A stretch of DNA of 48,066 nucleotides. Source: a virus. Lineage: Duplodnaviria > Caudoviricetes. This document shows positions 44,293-48,066 of this stretch, one piece after another; positions within the stretch are counted from its first letter, which is position 1, and the number at the start of each line of letters is the position of its first letter. The position numbers and the translations under genes are program-made. The DNA lies in IMG/VR virus record IMGVR_UViG_3300022602_004116, positions 1-48,066 of that record; one strand, 5' to 3'. Below the pieces are notes generated by a model, which had not been told where the DNA came from, made no database searches, and was given only the letters and a program-made list of their open reading frames with translations.

Positions 44293-45732
44293 CTATTCTG
44301 TTTTGGCCTTCAAACCGGCCAGCATCTGCTTGAGCTTGGTGCTTTCTACTGTGGCTGTGGGCGGAGGTCCTGCGTCTTTTTCTACGTTAAAGCCATCTTT
44401 TGCTTTGCCTTCCCAAGACGTTGCTGGTGCCACAGTGGTGGTAGTTTTGATTGAATTCAATATGTTGGTCGAGGGTCTATATCCACTGTTGCTGTCCTGT
44501 CCTTCTTCGCCGGGGTCAGTGATACGCATGGTTTCAATGTTGTATTCCAAGTCAATCTTTTGTCCTACACCTGTTGAGCTACGTGACTTCATACACTGAA
44601 TTTGATAGCGTCCACGTTCTTTCATAGCACGGCTTGTAAAGATACCAAACACGTTGTCCGCAGTATTGATCTTTGAGATACCACCAGCAATATGACTGTG
44701 ATCAAATTCAATTTCTTCCACAGCTGATCGATTCAACTGCGAAGCTGTTACTAATAATATGCCCAGTTCTTGTGACAAGTTACGCAATTCTTCTGCTACG
44801 TATTTGTCTTTGATAAACTGATCATTGGGATTGACTTTGACACTGACCGGCATGACCAAATCCAAATAGTCCACCATCACAAAGTCAACTTTGATGCCAG
44901 TTTGTATTTGTACTTCTTTTAGATATGCTCGAATATCGTTTACGTTGCTCTGTGCTGGCAAACTTTTGATACGATACTGTCCGGCCTTTTTACTGACCAT
45001 TTTGACTTTGAGTGTAGTTGTATCTATGTCTTTGCGAATGTCCTTGGTACCTGTACTGGTCAACATGGCATCTGTACGCAACGCAACCAATTCTTCACTG
45101 AGTTCTAAACTGACATATACCCCACTGAGGCCGGCCTGTAACCAACTCAGAGCAATGTTCATCATGACCAAACTTTTTCCTGAACCTGATCCGCCGGCAA
45201 AAATATTAAGTTCTCCACGACTGAATCCGCCATATAAGATCTTGTCCATAGTCGGCCATCCAGTTGACACTTGTCCGCCTGAATTGTAATAACGATCAAT
45301 ACGTGCCTTGGGATCGTCAAAGTAATCTGTACCCATGTCCTTGGTCAAACTGATCTGTACTGCATCTTTGATCAGTTTTTCTACCGGATCGTAATCGCCT
45401 TCTTCCAACAAGTCTGCGGCTTTGAGAATAGCTCTGCTGAGTTCTTCCTTGCGACTGAACCCTTCGAACTCGTTCATGAACCACTCTTGGTGGCCTTCTA
45501 CTGCGTCTGGAATTGGTCGTAGCTCTACTCCTGTTACTGCCTTAATCTGTTCATAAGTGGGCAGAGTTCTGTGATCTGTGCTGTGTTGCTGTATAAACTT
45601 GGCCACATCACGCAGGCTACGATCAAAGTTTTCAGGATTGTAGATATTTTGCACACGAACAAAAGTCTGTGCGTCCTGCATCATCATTTCTAAGAATAAC
45701 TTTTGCAGTTCTGGTGTGTAATCTTTGCTCAC
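44293..45732 (-). CDS. replicative DNA helicase (DnaB/gp41-like)
   Basis: Walker A GGSGSGKS, SLEL, VDYLD, TASQLNR, KINTAD. Confidence 0.93.
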   Translation of the reverse strand: MSKDYTPELQKLFLEMMMQDAQTFVRVQNIYNPENFDRSLRDVAKFIQQHSTDHRTLPTYEQIKAVTGVELRPIPDAVEGHQEWFMNEFEGFSRKEELSRAILKAADLLEEGDYDPVEKLIKDAVQISLTKDMGTDYFDDPKARIDRYYNSGGQVSTGWPTMDKILYGGFSRGELNIFAGGSGSGKSLVMMNIALSWLQAGLSGVYVSLELSEELVALRTDAMLTSTGTKDIRKDIDTTTLKVKMVSKKAGQYRIKSLPAQSNVNDIRAYLKEVQIQTGIKVDFVMVDYLDLVMPVSVKVNPNDQFIKDKYVAEELRNLSQELGILLVTASQLNRSAVEEIEFDHSHIAGGISKINTADNVFGIFTSRAMKERGRYQIQCMKSRSSTGVGQKIDLEYNIETMRITDPGEEGQDSNSGYRPSTNILNSIKTTTTVAPATSWEGKAKDGFNVEKDAGPPPTATVESTKLKQMLAGLKAKTE

Positions 45733-46442
45733 AACTGTTCCTTTAGTTTTGGTAATATAGAATTTTCAAAATAGTATTGGTTGCCTTCTGGGCCGTGGTG
45801 TCCATTCCATCCCCACTGCTTGAAATCCACTGGCTGATTTATATTAAAATTTATGCTTGTGTAGGTGTTCTCAAAAATTATATTTCGATCATGTGCCGAA
45901 CAAAGATCAAATACTGCCTGATGTGGTGGCCAAACAATATGTTTGGTAAAGGTGCCGGCCAAACTTATGATAAGATAGTTTGCTCCAACCGAATCCAACC
46001 AGTTGTGCAACAAAAAAATTGTACGCAGGGCTTGTATCTCTGTCCAAGTGCGATCGGAATATACCACAGTTGGTTTATCGTCCATAAAACTGATATCTCG
46101 TAGGTTTTTAAAATACGGACTTTCTATCAGCGATACTGCTCGTGTGTTGGTATCAATTGAATGATACTTTTTTACTGGCTCAGTTTGATCAACCACTGTC
46201 CATCGTTCCAACGGCGGCACTCCAATCAAGAAAAAATCATTTTTCCAATCGTATTCGGCTTGATGGCTGACCAAGTTATGGCACACTGAATCAAAACTGC
46301 TGGCAGCCCAGGAAAGATTCTTTATGGTATTAACACCAAGATACCGACCGGTCAGCCACCAGAACGAATCAGCAAACGGCACAAGATAATTTGGTTGCGA
46401 TACACTACTGCCAAACATCCACAAAGTGTTGAATTTTTTCAT
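45729..46442 (-). CDS. SGNH-hydrolase-like protein
   Basis: FGSSVS ... GHHGPEGN. Confidence 0.55.
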   Translation of the reverse strand: MKKFNTLWMFGSSVSQPNYLVPFADSFWWLTGRYLGVNTIKNLSWAASSFDSVCHNLVSHQAEYDWKNDFFLIGVPPLERWTVVDQTEPVKKYHSIDTNTRAVSLIESPYFKNLRDISFMDDKPTVVYSDRTWTEIQALRTIFLLHNWLDSVGANYLIISLAGTFTKHIVWPPHQAVFDLCSAHDRNIIFENTYTSINFNINQPVDFKQWGWNGHHGPEGNQYYFENSILPKLKEQL

Positions 46443-46993
46443 ATCAGCTGGCTGATCCTGTTGTAGACTGCTTGATTACCAGTCAAATCAAGATGATTGA
46501 TATTGCCCGGATGTTGTTGTTTTATGTCACTGATAGATGTGATATTTTGGTATGCAATATCAAATCCTGTGCAATTCAACACTGGCGTGCCAGTTAATAC
46601 TGTGTTGATTTTGTCAACCATCAACTGCCACATGTCTGTTTGGTACTGTTGATCAAAAAAGTGTCGGTAGTAAACGTCGGCAATAGATCGCCAACTTTTA
46701 TTTGAAAATGCATCGCTGATCAACATGTCACAAGTTTTATGAGTGGGTATTTTTCTGGTAGGGTAATCCACAGCGTTGGGCACATAAATCCTGTCAGGGT
46801 TGGTATGAAAAACTATCACTTGATCTGACTGCTGTATTGATTCCAAATTGTCAATCATGCTTTGGTAAATTCTATATTCACTGCTGCCACGTTGGCTGTA
46901 GTTGTGTACTGTGGTGTTCTTAGACAGCAAATCAATCCAACTGCCGGTGTCTGCGTCAGCACTAAAACTGTCTCCCAAGATTGATATTGTCAT
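46439..46993 (-). CDS. SGNH-hydrolase-like protein
   Basis: GDSF, G.SEY, NHL..GN. Confidence 0.6.
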   Translation of the reverse strand: MTISILGDSFSADADTGSWIDLLSKNTTVHNYSQRGSSEYRIYQSMIDNLESIQQSDQVIVFHTNPDRIYVPNAVDYPTRKIPTHKTCDMLISDAFSNKSWRSIADVYYRHFFDQQYQTDMWQLMVDKINTVLTGTPVLNCTGFDIAYQNITSISDIKQQHPGNINHLDLTGNQAVYNRISQLI

Positions 46994-46995
46994 GA

Positions 46996-48030
46996 TTAAT
47001 TATACAATTTCTTTCGACGCAACTCAATCTTTAATCGACTTGTTTCTCGAGCCGCCAAAATGCTTTTCAACACAAACAACTTGCCATACTGTTCTACTGC
47101 TGCACCAATGTCCTTGCAATCTTGTTGCCAAATTGGAAAACTAACTGACCATCCATATTCTATTGCGGCATCTACCAGTCGAGCACCAGCACGATCAGTA
47201 TCGGGAACCACAATCACTTCACGACCCAGGCTGTCAATGATATCTGCTTGCTGTTCTGAGCATTCATTGCCTAAAATAGCTACACCATCTATGGCCATGG
47301 CGTCAAATGGTCCTTCACACACTATCACAAACTTGGCATTGGGTCTTTGCTGATCTGTATTGAAAACATAACCAGGTTCGTGGCTGTTGTAGTATTTGGG
47401 CTTGATGCCATCATACAGGGCACGAGCTGTATAGCCAATGATTTGATTGCGCCAAGTAAACGGAACAATCACACGGCGATTCAAATTGTTTTGCTTTTCT
47501 GGAGTCCAATAAAATTCATAACGACCTAAATCAATTCGACGACTGGCTGTGTATACAACACCATCATGGAACTCTCGAGGTACCGCACGATCATCATTCA
47601 AAGTGTACCAGCTTTCCCAACCAACAAATGTCTGTGCTTCCTCAGGCAAGGGTCTGGCACGAAAGTTGATGGGTTCAGCTTCTTCCACTTCTACCAGAGT
47701 CTCAGGAGCTACCAGTTCACGTATACGAATAGCATCTATAACCAGGCGTTTGACAGTACCTTCATCAGCACCCAACCAACTTAATAGTTTGCGGAACTTG
47801 TAAGTCAAGTGACGACCGGGTACATAGCTGGCTTTAAAATTACAATTAAAACAATGATAGCTTGTACCACCATCTGCGTTCATAACTAATCCACCTCGGC
47901 CACGTGTGTCTGCTGATTCGCCATTATGGATGCAACAGGGTGCGTTGAAACTTATCCAACCCGAAGCAGCGTTGGTTTTACGTTTATGCGGTAATATTTG
48001 AGTTACCGCGTCGCGAATAGAGTTCAACAT
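46996..48030 (-). CDS. DNA primase (gp61-like)
   Basis: Zn-finger (CCIH..CFNC), TOPRIM EGPFDA and PDTD. Confidence 0.9.
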   Translation of the reverse strand: MLNSIRDAVTQILPHKRKTNAASGWISFNAPCCIHNGESADTRGRGGLVMNADGGTSYHCFNCNFKASYVPGRHLTYKFRKLLSWLGADEGTVKRLVIDAIRIRELVAPETLVEVEEAEPINFRARPLPEEAQTFVGWESWYTLNDDRAVPREFHDGVVYTASRRIDLGRYEFYWTPEKQNNLNRRVIVPFTWRNQIIGYTARALYDGIKPKYYNSHEPGYVFNTDQQRPNAKFVIVCEGPFDAMAIDGVAILGNECSEQQADIIDSLGREVIVVPDTDRAGARLVDAAIEYGWSVSFPIWQQDCKDIGAAVEQYGKLFVLKSILAARETSRLKIELRRKKLYN

Positions 48031-48037
48031 TCTGTAC

Positions 48038-48066
48038 AGTATACAGGATATTTTGGTTTAGGTCAA
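48038..48066 (-). promoter_or_regulatory. sigma70-like promoter (leaderless primase mRNA)
   Basis: TTGACC-N17-TATACT with the ATG 7 nt after the -10 box and no SD. Confidence 0.7.

Noticed and set aside
183-47803. Numerous plus-strand ORFs in the track
   Set aside because: They are antisense shadows of well-supported minus-strand genes and show no recognisable motifs or ribosome-binding sites.
1-48066. Stop-codon recoding, as in some large phages
   Set aside because: Core genes are full length in code 11, and TAG, TGA and TAA all terminate genes at sensible positions.

Overview
This window is a segment of a large T4-like myophage genome, probably infecting a Beta- or Gammaproteobacterium (inferred from its IscU, IscA and bS21 sequences). 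Essentially all genes are on the minus strand and use the standard genetic code. Read right to left in transcription order, it contains: primase and DnaB/gp41-like helicase; a block of putative head/internal proteins; IscU and IscA interleaved with three radical SAM enzymes; a PD-(D/E)XK nuclease; nrdA/nrdB and glutaredoxin; a PAAR protein; an SleB-type cell-wall hydrolase; small early genes including an unannotated ArfA-like peptide; UvsE; fibre proteins next to a prodomain-less S53 protease; bS21, Hsp20 (with a ROSE-like leader) and ClpS. The most striking feature is a late-promoter-driven curli-like envelope locus: CsgF-like, CsgG with an SH3b-like extension, a curlin-repeat protein, a FecR-domain protein and a PA14+curlin protein. 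It is followed by LpxH-like, RimK and the N-terminus of a CHASE2 sensor that the ORF track missed. Two promoter classes recur: sigma70-like TTGACN-17-TATAAT/TATACT and late TAAATA. Several of them appear to yield leaderless or near-leaderless mRNAs. All protein calls come from motif recognition by eye, without database searches.
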